Below, in pieces: positions 13,826 to 27,599 of a stretch of DNA of 64,000 bases. The notes under the pieces were generated by a model. The model worked only from the letters and a program-made list of their open reading frames with translations, was not told the DNA's origin and searched no databases. Numbering within the stretch: the stretch's first letter is position 1; each line of letters opens with the position of its first letter. This stretch comes from the human T2T-CHM13v2.0 reference genome, Homo sapiens. Position numbers and translations under genes: made by a program. The stretch is from NCBI RefSeq assembly GCF_009914755.1, contig NC_060935.1. One strand, written 5' to 3'.

Positions 13826-14794
13826 TACCATCTTGTCTTTACTTATTCCTTGTTCTGAATAATTTTTTTTCAGTTACCCTATTTCTATCCCACCATTCTA
13901 TATTTGGTGTGTAGGAGGGAAATATATGTGAGACCATGAGAAGTCAGTCCTGATAAAGAAGTCTGTCTGCACAGATAGTATTTTTTTAATCTTTGATCCT
14001 CCTTAGTAAGGATGTGACTATGTTCTAGGTAATGGATAAAGAAAGTTTAAACATATTTGGGGACCATGGAGACAAAAATAAATCAAAGCACTAGTTATCT
14101 CACAATGTCACATTTTTCTTTATTCTATAGTAATAGAGTTTTAGCAAGACATATGATTATGCAGGTAAAACTACATTTCCAAGACCTCTTTGAGGATAGA
14201 TATGTTGAAGTGACTAAATGAGAAGAAATGATGGGTGCCACTTCTGAGCCCTAAGCGCAAATGGTTGGGCAAGCACTCTCTTGGACACCGTTTTTTCTTT
14301 CCTATTGGATAACAGATGATGAGTACCAGAACAAATACTGAAGCCATGCTGAGGATAGCACTCTTGGACTGCTTGCTTCTGGACTATTACATAAGAACAA
14401 CGCTGCTATTGAAGAAAAATCAGAAAATTAGAGCAAAAGAGATTAAACAGATAATCAGCAAACAGATATGAAAAATAAACACATCACTACAGATCATAGG
14501 TATTAATAGATCCAGAGTGAATTATAAAGTAATAAAATGGAAAATTCAGATAAAACATACACAATCCTAGATAGAGCACAACTTACCAGAAGCTAATTCC
14601 AGTATCTATTTAAAAGTTAAATATATAATTAAATCCTTTTTGACAAATATATATCCAACGTCTAAATGGTTTCACCTCTAAATAGTATCAAACATTTAAG
14701 AAAGAAATATCAGTTCTGCCTCTTGAATGACAATGTGAGGAGCTCTGCAGGCATTTCCTCGATGATGCTAGTAAAAAAAATTTTAAAAACAATC

Positions 14795-14918
14795 AGCCAG
14801 GTGTGGTGGCTTATCCTAGCACTTTGGGAGGCTGAGGCAGAAGAACTGCTTGAAGGCAGGAGTTTGAGGCTAGCCTGGGCAAAATGGTGAGACTCCACCT
14901 CTACAAACAAACAAAAAC
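14795..14918 (+). mobile_element. Alu left monomer (FLAM-like)
   Basis: Single monomer ending CTCTACAAACAAACAAAAA; flanks AAAAACAATC / AAAAACCAATC. Confidence 0.8.
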
Positions 14919-15020
14919 CAATCATCTGAAGCCTCTGTAAATAGTCCTAAGGATATACAGAAAATGAAGAAACACTCATTTCAGTCAATCTATTAAAATT
15001 TCTTAAAAACAGAAAGAATC

Positions 15021-15554
15021 TGTATTAGTCAGTGTTCTCTAGATGGACAGGACTAATAGGATAGATGTAAATATGAAAGGGAGTTTATTAAGGAGTATTG
15101 ACTCACACAATTATAAGGTGAAGTCCCACAATAGGTCGTCTGAAAGCTGAGGAGCAAGGAAGCCAGTCCGAGTCCCAAAACCTCAAAAATAGGGAAGCTG
15201 ACAATGCAGCCTTCAGTCTGTGGCTGAAAGCCTGAGAGCCCCTGGCAAACCAAAAGTCCAAAAGCTGAAGAACTTGGGGTCTGATGTTCAAGGGCAAGAA
15301 GCATCCAGCACAGGAGAAAGATGGAGGACAGAAGACTCAGCCATTCTAGTCCTTCCATGCTCCTCTGCCTACTTTTATCCTAGCCACACTGGCAACTGAT
15401 TAGATGGTGCCTACCCAGATTGAGGGTGGGTCTGACTCTCCCTGTCCACAGATTCAAATGTTATTCTCCTTTGGCAACACCCTCAGACACACACAGGAAC
15501 AATACTTTGCATACTTCAATACAATCAAGTTGACACTCAATATTAACCATCACA
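15021..15554 (-). mobile_element. MLT2A (HERV-L) solo LTR
   Basis: TGTATTAGTCAG...TATTAACCATCACA; perfect 5-bp TSD GAATC at 15016-15020 and 15555-15559. Confidence 0.92.
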
Positions 15555-16741
15555 GAATCTAGCATTTTAATCACATCTTATTTATTTCCTTTCACGATCA
15601 GGCCAATGTAATGAAAACTCCATTCCAGAAACATGTAGCCAAGAACACAGGGGTTCCTCTCCCCCAGCTTCTAGTTGAGGGCAATAGTATCTTTCTGTGA
15701 GGAAAAGAATACCAGCAATTCTCATATGGCCCCCAAGCTAACTGTGGTAGAAGCTACATTCCAAACAAATGTGCTGAAGAGGTAAGGAGTTCCTTTTTTT
15801 TCCCAGCCTTTACTTGTTTCATGGACCTTCTACCTAAGGCATGGCATTCTGGGAATAATGAGACCTCATTCACTTTTGTCCTGAATTTCTTATAATGCAG
15901 AGGTTTCTTTCTAGGAGAATCAAACTGTGAAGACTAGATAACAATGCTGCTTGCTCAGTTTCCTGCTCTTAAACAGAATATCAGTTATAAAGAAGAAATG
16001 TGCCACTGTCTTCACCAGCTGCTCCAGAGCCATAGCTTAAATCTTTAGACTAGGGGAAGAGGCAGGTAAAAATAATAGAGATACAAAGCTCTCCCCAAAA
16101 CAAATGGCTTTATTTGAGACAGAGTATTGGGAAGTTCAATCCCAAGAGAACTCTTAAACATAAGGAAGTTTTAATGGAAGGCAATTAAGAGGAGACTCAT
16201 GGCTTTGTAAGACATGCAAGTTAAACCATAGGCCAGCTATAGAACCATGAAGAATTGGGAAAGTGGCAACTAAGAAGAGCTCTCCTTAGGTAAGAAGAAT
16301 TCTCAAATACTGATATCAAAAACTATCCCTTCAAAAGAGACCAAATTTAATCAGATCAGCCTGTGGAGAAATATATGGCACAGAACATTGTAGAAAACAG
16401 TAATCATACAGCAGTATTTGAGTTTAACACATGGGTATTATTGTAGAAAAAGGGTCAAATCTAGCCTGTTAAAACCATGGTCATCCCAGACTGACTGTAC
16501 ATATGCCCCAAAATGTGCCTCCTAAGGAGAAACATCAGAGACTTTACACTGCAGAGGAAATAGACTTCACTGAAATAGTCCAACCAGTGGTGAACAGTGA
16601 CTAAACAAATAGACTAGTAACAATAACTAGCCCTGTAATGGGGGAACCAGTAGCCACAGTTGCTACAATATATAATCTAAAATGTCCATACTTCAGCAAC
16701 AAAAAAAATGGAAACATACAGTGAAATACAAAAGGCTGACT

Positions 16742-17081
<340 letters not shown>

Positions 17082-18062
17082 TTAAAGTAGCAATTATAAA
17101 TATGCTCAAAGAGCTAAAGTAAACTATGCTTAAATAAGTAAAGGAAGGCATGATGGCAATGCCTCATCCAAATAGAGACTATCAATAAATATAAATTACT
17201 TGAAAAAGAACCTAATGGAAATTCTGGTGTTGAAAATCATAATAAATGAAAAAAAAAAACCCATAAGGTTTCAACAGTAGATTTGAACTGTCAGAGGAAA
17301 GAATTAGTAAACTTAAGTTAAATCAATAGAAACTATACAATCTGAAAAACATAGAGAACAAAAACTAAAGAAAAATGAACAGAGTATCATCAAAATGCAA
17401 TACTATAAAGGATACCAACCTACACATGATGGGAGTCCTAGAGAGAGAGAGAAGAAAAAGAAAGGAGTAGAAAGATACTCCCCACAAAAATGGCTGAAAA
17501 CTTCCCAATTAGAAGAAAAGTGTTAATCTGTACATCCAAGAAGCTCAATGAACTTCTAATAGGATACACATATAGAAATAGCACCACAAATATGCAAAAA
17601 TCCAAAGAAAAAAGAAAAATCTTGAAATCAGCAAGAGAAAAATGACTTACCACTTAAAAAAAAAAAAAAAAACTCCAAGAAGATTAACAGCTGACTTCTT
17701 ATGAGAAACAATGAAGGCCAGAAAGCAGTGGATAGCATATGCAAAGTGCCCACAGAAAAGTACACTCAACCAAGAATCTTATAACCAGCAAAACTATCTT
17801 TCAGAAATGAAACAGAAATAAAGGCATTCCCAGATAAACAAAAACTGAATTCAATGTTAGGAGACCCATATTATAACACTTATTATGGTATTAAAAAGGA
17901 AGCTCATTGAACTGAAACCAAATGACCCCAGACAGCAATACTATTGAACAAAAAAAAAACAGCATCTATAAAGATAATTAGGCAAATATAACAAGACAAT
18001 ATAAATGCATATTGCTCCTCCTTACTTCTCTGGCCTGATTTATAAAGCAATTGTATGAAGTT

Positions 18063-18142
18063 TGTATATATGTGTGTGTGTGTGTATGTATGTGTGTGTA
18101 TATATATATACATATATATATATATATACACACACATACATA
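18063..18142. repeat. (TG)n(TA)n(CA)n compound microsatellite
   Basis: Read directly. Confidence 0.95.
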
Positions 18143-18545
18143 ATTGTTGAGACTACATATATAAATTTAGTATTTTTATTAATAATATCATTAAAAGGGT
18201 GAGAGGAAGTGAAGTTATACTGGATTAAGATATGACACCAGGCAATAAATTAAGAAGGTAAAATAATAAATAAAAGTTATTAATATATTCTTGCTTTTTT
18301 CCTCCTCTCAGCTTTTTAAAAAACCTAGAATTATAACAACATATTGTTGAGTTTATAACACATTGATATGTAATCTATATAACAACAATAGCACAAAATG
18401 AGGAAAGGAAATAGAGATGTATATGAGTAATGTTTCTTTATTTCACTGGAATTAAGTTAATATAAATCTAAAGTAGATCCTGGGAGATTAAGATGTATGA
18501 GGTGAGCCCTAAAGAAACCATTAAGGAAATACAGATGCTCTTCAA

Positions 18546-18682
18546 CTAATTTTTATATTTTTAGTAGAGACAGGGTTTCACCATGTTGGCCAGGCTGGTC
18601 TGAAACTCCTGACCTGAAGTGATCCACCCTCCTCAGCTTCCCAAAGGGCTGGGATTACAGGCATGAGCCACTGCGCCCAGCC
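18546..18682 (-). mobile_element. Alu left arm plus linker only (right arm missing)
   Basis: CTAATTTTTATATTTTTAGTAGAGACAGGGTTTCACC...GAGCCACTGCGCCCAGCC. Confidence 0.85.
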
Positions 18683-18761
18683 TCAGTACCACAATTTCAA
18701 TAATGGATAGAACATTTAGGCAAAAGATCAATTAAGAAACAGAAGACTTGAATAACACTAC

Positions 18762-19836
18762 TGTTGCAGGAAGTCAGGGACCCCAAATGGAGGGACCGGC
18801 TGAAGCCATGGCAGAAGAACGTAGATTGTGAAGATTTCATGGACATTTATTAGTTCCCCAAATTAATACTTTTATAATTTCTTACGCCTGTCTTTACTGC
18901 AGTCTCTAAACATAAATTGTAAAGATTTCATGGACACTTATCACTTCCCCAATCAATACCCTTGTGATTTCCTGTGTCTGTCTTTTCTTTAATCTCTTAA
19001 TCCTGTCAGCTGAGGAGGATGTATGTTGCCTCAGGACCCTGTAATAATTGCATTAACTGCACAAATTGTACAGCATGTGTGTTTGAGCAATATGAAATTT
19101 GGGCACCTTGAAAAAAGAACAGGATAACAGCAATTGTTCAGGGAATAAGAGAGATAACCTTAAACTCTGACCGCCGGTGTGCCGGGCAGAACAGAGCCAT
19201 ATTTCTCTTCTTTCAAAAGCAAATGGGAGAAATATTGCTGAATTCTTTTTCTCAGCATGGAACATCCCTGGGAAAGAGAATACGTGCCTGGAGGTATAGG
19301 CTTATAAACAGCAGCCCCCCGCCAGGTGTGCCTGTCTCTTATGGTCAAGACTGCATGGGTGAAATAGACCCCAGTCTCCTATAGCACTCCCAGGCTTATT
19401 AGGAAGAGGAAATTCTCACCTAATAAATTTTGGTCAGACTGGTTGATCTCAAAACCTGTCTCCTGATAAGATGTTATCAATGACAGTTGTGTCGGAAACT
19501 TCATTAGCAATTTTAATTTCGTCCCGGTCCTGTGGTCCTGTGATCTCGCCCTGCCTCCACTTGCCTTGTGATATTCTATTACCTTGTAAAGTACTTGATG
19601 TGTGTGACCCACACCTATTCGCACACTCCCTCCCCTTTTGAAAATCCCTAATAAAAACTTGCTGGTTTTTGTGGCTTGTGGGGCATCACAGAAACTACTG
19701 ACATGTGATGTCTCCCCCGGATGCCCAGCTTTAAAATTTCTCTCTTTTGTACTCTGTCCCTTTATTTCTCAAGCTGGCCAACGCTTAAGGAAAATAGAAA
19801 AGAACCTACGTGAATATCGGGGCAGATTCCCTGTTA
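18762..19836 (+). mobile_element. MER11 solo LTR (HERV-K HML-8)
   Basis: Starts TGTTGCAGGAAGTCAGGGACCCCAAATGGAGGGACCGGCTGAAGCCATGG; 1075 bp; AATAAA at about 19650; perfect 6-bp TSD CACTAC at 18756-18761 and 19837-19842. Confidence 0.92.
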
Positions 19837-20611
19837 CACTACAAACCACTAGATCTAACGGACATCTATATAACCCAACAACTGCAGAATATGAATTCTA
19901 AAATTCACATGGGCCAGAACAGAACAGATGCTAGACCATAAAACCAACTTCAATAAATTTAAAGGAATTGAAATAAGACAAGGTATGCTCTCTGGTCACA
20001 ATGAGATAATATAGTTGTAAGTGCCTATACTAAAAATAAGAAAGATGTCAAATCTATAATCTAGCCTTGCATGTTAAGACATTGAGAAAAAAAGATTAAA
20101 CTACCTAAAACAACCAGAGAGAGAAAATAATAAAAATGGGGTGGGGGGATTAATGAAATAGAGAATAGAAAGAAGACACAAAACAATAAAACCAAAAATG
20201 GTTCTTTGAAATCACGAATAAAATCGATAAACCTTTAGGTAGACTAAGAAAAAAAGGAAGACTCAAATTAGTAAAATCAGAAATGAAACAAGGGATATTA
20301 CTACTGACTCACAGAAATAAAAAGGATTATAAATGAATAGTATGAACAATTGTATGCCAATATAATAAATATCTAGATAAAATGGACAAATTCCTAGAAT
20401 GGTATAAATTATTTAAAAATGGCTCAAGAAGAAATAGAAAATACAAATAGAGCTATAACAAGTAGAGGTTGAATTAGTAATCCAACAACTACACACACAG
20501 AAAAACCAAGCCCAAATAGCTTCACTGGTAAATTCTAGAAAACAGTGAAAAAATATAAAAATTACTAATAAACTCTTCCAAAAAAATATAACAGGGACCA
20601 CTTTCCAACTT

Positions 20612-21663
20612 TTTTATTGTGAATAGAACACTTAACATGAGACTTACCTGCTTAACAAATTTTTAAGTATAGAATGCAGCATTGTTAACTACAGGAACAA
20701 TGTTGTGCAACAGGTCTTTTACTAATGGACTTTTATAATTCTTAATCTCTAAAAAGACAAGTATTCTCTTTGCACTCTTCGTGTTCTTTCTTTTTTCAGA
20801 GGGAATTATTTTATTTTATTTTTCCAACTTTTATTTTAGGTTCAGGGTGTTCATGTGCAAGTTTGTTACATGGGTAAATTGCATGTCACTGAGGTTTGGG
20901 GTACAAATGATCCCATCACCCAGGTAGTGACAACAGTATCCAATAGTTACTTTTTCAACCCTTGCCTGTCTCCCATCCTCCCTCCTCTAGTAGTCCCCAG
21001 TGTCTATTGTTCCCATCTTTGTGTCTGTGTACTCAATATTTAGCTCCCACTTAACATGTGGTTTTGCTGTTCTGTGCCTGTGTTAATTTTTTTAGAACAA
21101 TGGCCTCCAGCTGCACCCCTTATGCTTCAAAGGACATGATTTCATTCTTTTTTATGGCTGTGTAGTATTTCATGACGTATATGTACCACATTTTCTTTAT
21201 CAACGCCACCATTGGTGGATATTTAGGTTGACTCCATTTCTACTATTATAAATAGTGCTGTAATTAACATATGAATACATGAGTCTGTTTAGTAAAATGA
21301 TTTATTTTCCCTTGGGTATATACCCAGTAATGGGATTGGTCCTTTTTTCTCTGTAACCTCACTAACACCTGCTATTTTTTGACTTTTTAATAGCCATTTT
21401 TAATGATGTGAGATGCTATCTCATTAGAACATATTTATCTTGTATAACTAAAACTTTATACCCATTGAATAGCAACTTCCAATTTCACCAGCCCCAATCC
21501 TTAGACATCACCATTCTACTTTTTGTTTTCATGAGTTTGACTATTTTGGATACCATATATAAGTGGAATCATGCAATATTGTCTTTCTGTGACAATTATT
21601 TCACTTAGCATAACCTCATCCAGGTCCATCCATGTTGTTGCATATGGAAGAATTTCCTTCTTT
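20612..21663 (-). mobile_element. Antisense L1MA10/L1MB-like 3' fragment
   Basis: GAACACTTAACATGAGACTTACC...AGCATTGTTAACTACAGG; flanks ACTTTCCAACTT / ACTTCCCAACTT as TSD in the host L1 ORF2. Confidence 0.75.
20806..21426 (-). mobile_element. Antisense L1PA15/16-like 3' fragment nested in the previous element
   Basis: TTTTATTTTAGGTTCAGGGTGTTCATGTGCAAGTTTGTTACATGGGTAAATTGCATGTC; CAAAGGACATGATTTCATTCTTTTTTATGGCTG. Confidence 0.8.
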
Positions 21664-22689
21664 ACTTCCCAACTTAGTCTATGAGGCCAGTGTTACTCTG
21701 ATACTCAAAACACATAAAGACAGAATATATGAAGTACTCTTTAACTCAGGAATAAAAGGACAGGCGTCCTAATTAAAAATGTACAAATTATCTGAATAGA
21801 CATTTATGCGAAGATACACTAATGTCCAATAAGTACAAGAAAGATACTCACCATCATTGGTGATTCATAACATTCAAATAAAAACCACAAGTAGATACCA
21901 CTCCAAGTCTACTAGAATGGCTAAAGTTAAAAAGACATAATTACAATTGTTCGTGAGAATGTGAAGAACTGGAAACCTCATAAATTGCTGGTGGAAATGT
22001 GAAGTTGTGCAACCACTTTTGAAACCATTCTAGCAGTTCTTCAGAAAGTTACCCATGGAGTTGCCAGGTGATGATAGATTCTATTTCTAGGTATATACTC
22101 AGGGGAAATAAAAATCTATATACACATAAAAAACCTACACACAAATGTTTATAGCATTATTCATAAAAACCCAAAAGTACAAATAGCCCAAATTTCCATC
22201 AGTTTATGAATGGTGTAAACAAAAAGTAGTACATCTATCTATGTAATGGAATATTATTCAGCCATAAAAGGAAGTACTGACACATGCTACAGTGTAGGTG
22301 AACCTTTGAAAAGTTATGTTAAGCAAAGAAGCCGGTAACAAAAGACCATATGTAATGTGATACCATTCATAGGAAATCTCCAGAATAGGCAAACATATAG
22401 AGAAGGTAGATTAGTGGTTGCCTACGGGTAGGAGTAGTGGGAAGATGTGAGGAGTGGGGGTAGGATGATAGCTTAAAGGTATAGGGTTTCTTTTCATTAG
22501 AATATGATGAAAATGTTTTAAAATTGTGGTGATTATTATACAGCTTTATGAATATACTAAAAAATTGAATTGCCCACTTTAAAAAGATAAATTGTGTGAC
22601 ATGTGAAGCATATCTCAGTAAAGCTGATATGAAAATAAGAAATAATCCTAATTTTATAAAAAGTATTTTAGTGAATAAAAATGAGTAAA

Positions 22690-23140
22690 TATTTCTCAAC
22701 TAATTTTATGAGGCCAACATGCCTTGAAAAGAAGACCCAGCAAGGATGTTATAAGAAAGGAAAAATACAGGTCAATCTCTCTTATGAAACTAGAGGTTAA
22801 AATTCTAAATAAAATATTAGCAAACAAATCCCATCGATATAAAAAATTGATAATATACCACACACACGTTGGACTATTTCCATAAATGCTCTTGCTTGAT
22901 TTAACATTAGAAAATCAATCAATATAATTTATCACATTAACAGTATAAAAAGTTATGCTCTCCTCAATAGATGAAAACAAAAATCACTGGATAAAATTCA
23001 ACATCCATTTGTGTGTTTTTTTAAAGCATTAAACAGGGAAAAAAGAAAAATATCCTAAATCTGATAAAATGTATCTACAAAATCCTATAGCAAATATTGT
23101 AAATAAAGGTAAAATGTTAAAAGCATTCCCTTTAGCATCA
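22690..23140 (+). mobile_element. Old L1 ORF2 (RT region) fragment
   Basis: TTTTATGAGGCCAACAT; TAAATAAAATATTAGCAAAC; GATAAAATTCAACATCCATT. Confidence 0.65.
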
Positions 23141-23381
23141 GTTGACGTAGCTCTATAGTTTTACTATGATCAAGTTGAAATTGAAAATCCACCACGACTG
23201 AGAACCCCCACCCTTCCTTCTTTATTGACTTCAATAGTATGTATAACATTCTCACAAACATTTTTTATTTGTTTTGTCTTTCTCCTACTACTAGAACATA
23301 AACTCTATGGGAGCAGGTATATTTATGATTTTGTCTACTATGGTCTTCTCAGCAACTTAAATGGTGCATACAATAAGTATT

Positions 23382-23767
23382 TGATATGGTTTGGCTCTGT
23401 GTCCCCCCTGAAACCCATGTCGAGTTGTAATCCCCACATATTGGAGGAGGGGCCTGGTGGGAGGTGATTGGATCATGGGAGTGGATTTCCTCCGTGTTGT
23501 TCTTGTGATAGTGAATGAGTTCTTACAAGATCCGGTTGCTTAAAAGTGTGTAGCACTTCCCCCTTTGTTCTCTCTTCCTCCTGCTCTGCCATGTAAAGGT
23601 TTTGCCTGCTTCCCCTTCATTTTCTGCCATGATTGTAATTTTCCTGAGGCCTCCCCTGCCATGCCTCCTGTACAGCTTGTGGAACTGTGAGTTAATTAAA
23701 CCTATTTTCTCCATAAATTACCCAGTCTCAGGTATGTCTTTATAAGTGTGAGAATGGACTAATAACA
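23382..23767 (+). mobile_element. MSTA-like MaLR solo LTR
   Basis: TGATATGGTTTGGCTCTGTGTCCCC...GTGTGAGAATGGACTAATAACA; TSD GTATT / GTACT. Confidence 0.88.
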
Positions 23768-24794
23768 GTACTGAACAAAACTATTGAGTTAATTAAATTA
23801 TTTTGACACTATCTCTGTGGTGAAAATTGAGTATCTTATTGGGAGAATCCTAATAGGCCTGAAAAGAGTTCTATGCACAATGTCTTAAATAGTTAGAGTT
23901 ATTGGGAGGCTGCATCAAACATAACCACCCTAAAACACTGGCTGGTGCCCTGTCAGATAGAGTTGGCACTTGGTCTTCTATATTCTGTTTTCAAACCTTC
24001 CAGCCACTTATTGATTGCCCATTGATCTTCTTTGGCTAGATATCTTTTTTTAATTTGTCTGGAGCCATCCCTTTTAATGGCAGCTTAATAGAGAACAAGT
24101 TCCCTTAACTAATACTCCAACTGGATGGAGAAAATCATGTTCTGAAAAATAAGGTTTTTTCTAGGTCCTGAGCATGACTCAAATGGCCTTACGTTGAAAG
24201 CAGCAAAACATTTTTGTCAACAACCAGGCATTCCCAAACATGTCTTGACCAATGGTCATGAATTCCCAATGACTTATACAAGACTGCTTTCGAGCTCAAA
24301 GAGAACTTCCCACAGGGCTCCACTTTTCTCTAATTGGAAAATTAATTTTTCCTACCTTACAATTTAAAATATAAGAAACATCTGTAACATAAATATATTA
24401 CACACAAATATTTTTGACCTAATAAAAATAGCTTCTTATTTTATAGTCTCCACTTCACAAAACTTGTGTGCTTAAATATCACTGTGCCATTCATTAACCC
24501 AAAATAAAGTTATTACGGAAATATTAAAGTATACCTTAAGGCCAAAAGTCAAACAGCAAGTACCTGCCACTTCTCTCTCCCAAAACCAGTCCTGGAGATA
24601 CTAGAAGAGTGAGAAGGAAACTGATACTGATAGATAGAGCATAATATAAAAACTCTGTGAAAACTCTGAAGAGATAAAAGGTAGTTGAGACAAAAAGAGA
24701 AAGGGTGGAGAATGGTTGTCCAGAATAGCTGAGGGCCAAGAACCATGATTCCTTAATAAGATACTGAGTTTTCTACTTATGCCTCTTAAATGTC

Positions 24795-25343
24795 TGTGTT
24801 AGGATTCTCTAGGAGGAGAGAACTAAGAGGATAGATGTATGTATAAACAGGAGTTTATTAAGGAGTATTGACTCACACAATCACAAGGTGAAGTCCCAAA
24901 ATAGGAGATCTGCAAGCTGAGGAGCAAGGAAGCCAGTTCGAGTCCCAAAACCTCAAAAGTAGGGAAGCCAATAGCCAATGCAGCCTTCAGTCTGTGGCCG
25001 AAGGCCCTAGGGCCCCTGGCAGATCACTGGTGTAAGTCCAAGAGTCCAAAAGCTGAAGAACTTGGAGTCTGATGTTCGAGGGCAGGAAGCATCCAGCACA
25101 GGAGAAAGATGGAGGCTGAAAGACTCAGCAGGTCTAGTCTTTTCAATTTCTTCTGCCTGATGGATTCTAGCCATGCTTGCAGCTGATTAAATGATGCCCA
25201 CCCAGACTGAGGGTGGGTCTGCCTCTCCCAGTCCACTGACTCAAATATTAATCTCCTTTGGCAACACCCTCACAGACACATTCAGGAACAGTACTTTGTA
25301 TCCTTCAATCCAATTGAGTTGACACTCAGGATTAACCATCACA
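24795..25343 (-). mobile_element. MLT2A (HERV-L) solo LTR, second copy
   Basis: Clearly homologous to 15021-15554; own TSD ATGTC / ATGCC. Confidence 0.9.
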
Positions 25344-26947
25344 ATGCCCCATCTAGACATATCTTTGCCCCATCACTATTGCCAAGTAAGAAACATAGCA
25401 CCAGATTGGCACCCTTGAGAAATAAGGGGTTCCAAACTGAGTTAAAGATTTCCATTTAGGTGGTTCTAAAGCTCTGTTGGAGTAAGAAGCAAATAAAAAC
25501 AGGTGAACTCAAGCTGTTGGCCATGTGTAGCATTCTTACTCCAACAAATAAAAATAAGTGAACTCAAGCTGGTTGCCCTCTGAGCAGTTTTTTCCCTCCT
25601 GAACCACTGTAGGCTAGGCATTTTTAAAAAAAGAGAAAGAAATCCTAGAAAAGAGGTATTTAAGAGCTTCCTGGGAAGGTAAAGTTACCTGTTGGAGAGG
25701 AGGAAGGATAATAGGAGTGCTCTAAATTGTAGCATAGGGACTGCCTATGTTGATACACACATACCTGCCACATAAATACATATAAAGATACTTTCTAAAT
25801 TTATCTGGAGAATCTGTGCTCAAGCTGTGTTAGGTTGTGTCTCCTGTCTTGAGATATATACCATAAACTGTGGCTGCTTGTAACTGACAGGGAAAAAATG
25901 AACTCATAGAAAAACTAAAGATATACCTGAAAAATATGAGTACTACTAAAAATGAAAAATAAAAACTTATTTTTAAAATGGAAGAATATTTAATGGAACA
26001 GACAAAATAAGAACTTAAAGCATAATAAATACCTTAAGAGAAATGAGGCAAGATATTGAAATGGTAATAATAACATAGAAACCAATCCCTTAGAGATATA
26101 TATGAAAAATAAAAATAGTTGAAATAAAGAACTGAAAAGATAGGTTGACTGGCAGAATAGGTAGGACCAGAGAACAAATGAGTGAAATCAAAGATCTGTT
26201 TAAGGAAGTCTTCCAGGATTCATTAAGAAAAGATAAATTAAAAGAATGAGATAATGGTAAAGAAATCCGAACAATGGAAGCAGAAACGTCCAGATCCAGT
26301 GTGTTGATTAATTTTATGTGTCAACTTGACTGGGCCACGGGGTGCCCAAATATTGGGTTAAACATTATTTCTGAGTGTGTCTATGAGGGCGTTCCCAGAT
26401 GAGATTAGCATTTGAATCAGTAGACTCAGTAAAGAAGAGAGCTCTCCCCAATGCAGGTGGGAATCACTCAGTCTGTTAAGGGCCTAAATAGAAGAAAGGT
26501 GGAGGAAGGTTGAATTTGCACTCTGCCTCACTGCTTGAGCTAAACATCAGTCTTCTACTGTGCTTGGCACTTCTGTTTCTGAGGCTTCAAACTATATGCT
26601 ACAGGTTTTCCTATGTCTCCAGCTTGCAAACATCAGATTGTGGGACATCTCAACCTCCACAACTGTGTAAACCAATGCCTTATAATTATCTATCTATCTA
26701 TCTATATCTATCTATCAATATTCCATTGGTTCTGTTTCTATGGAGAACCTTTATGAATACAGATTTTGGTGCCAAAACTGGTACTAGAGGAACAGATTTT
26801 AAGAATGAGCTTTCTAAATTGGTTTGGGGTTTCTGTAATTGGATTTTTAATTTTATTAAAGATGGTAATGACTTTTTATCAGTAAAGAAAGCACTGATAG
26901 TTCACGGCATATATGGGTAATAGAGATATGCAAAATATTTTCAGTGA

Positions 26948-27530
<583 letters not shown>

Positions 27531-27599
27531 TGGATACTCTTAACCAACCACTTATAAGAAGTAGGAAGCTGGGTGATGTATATATAATACTTTCAAGTA

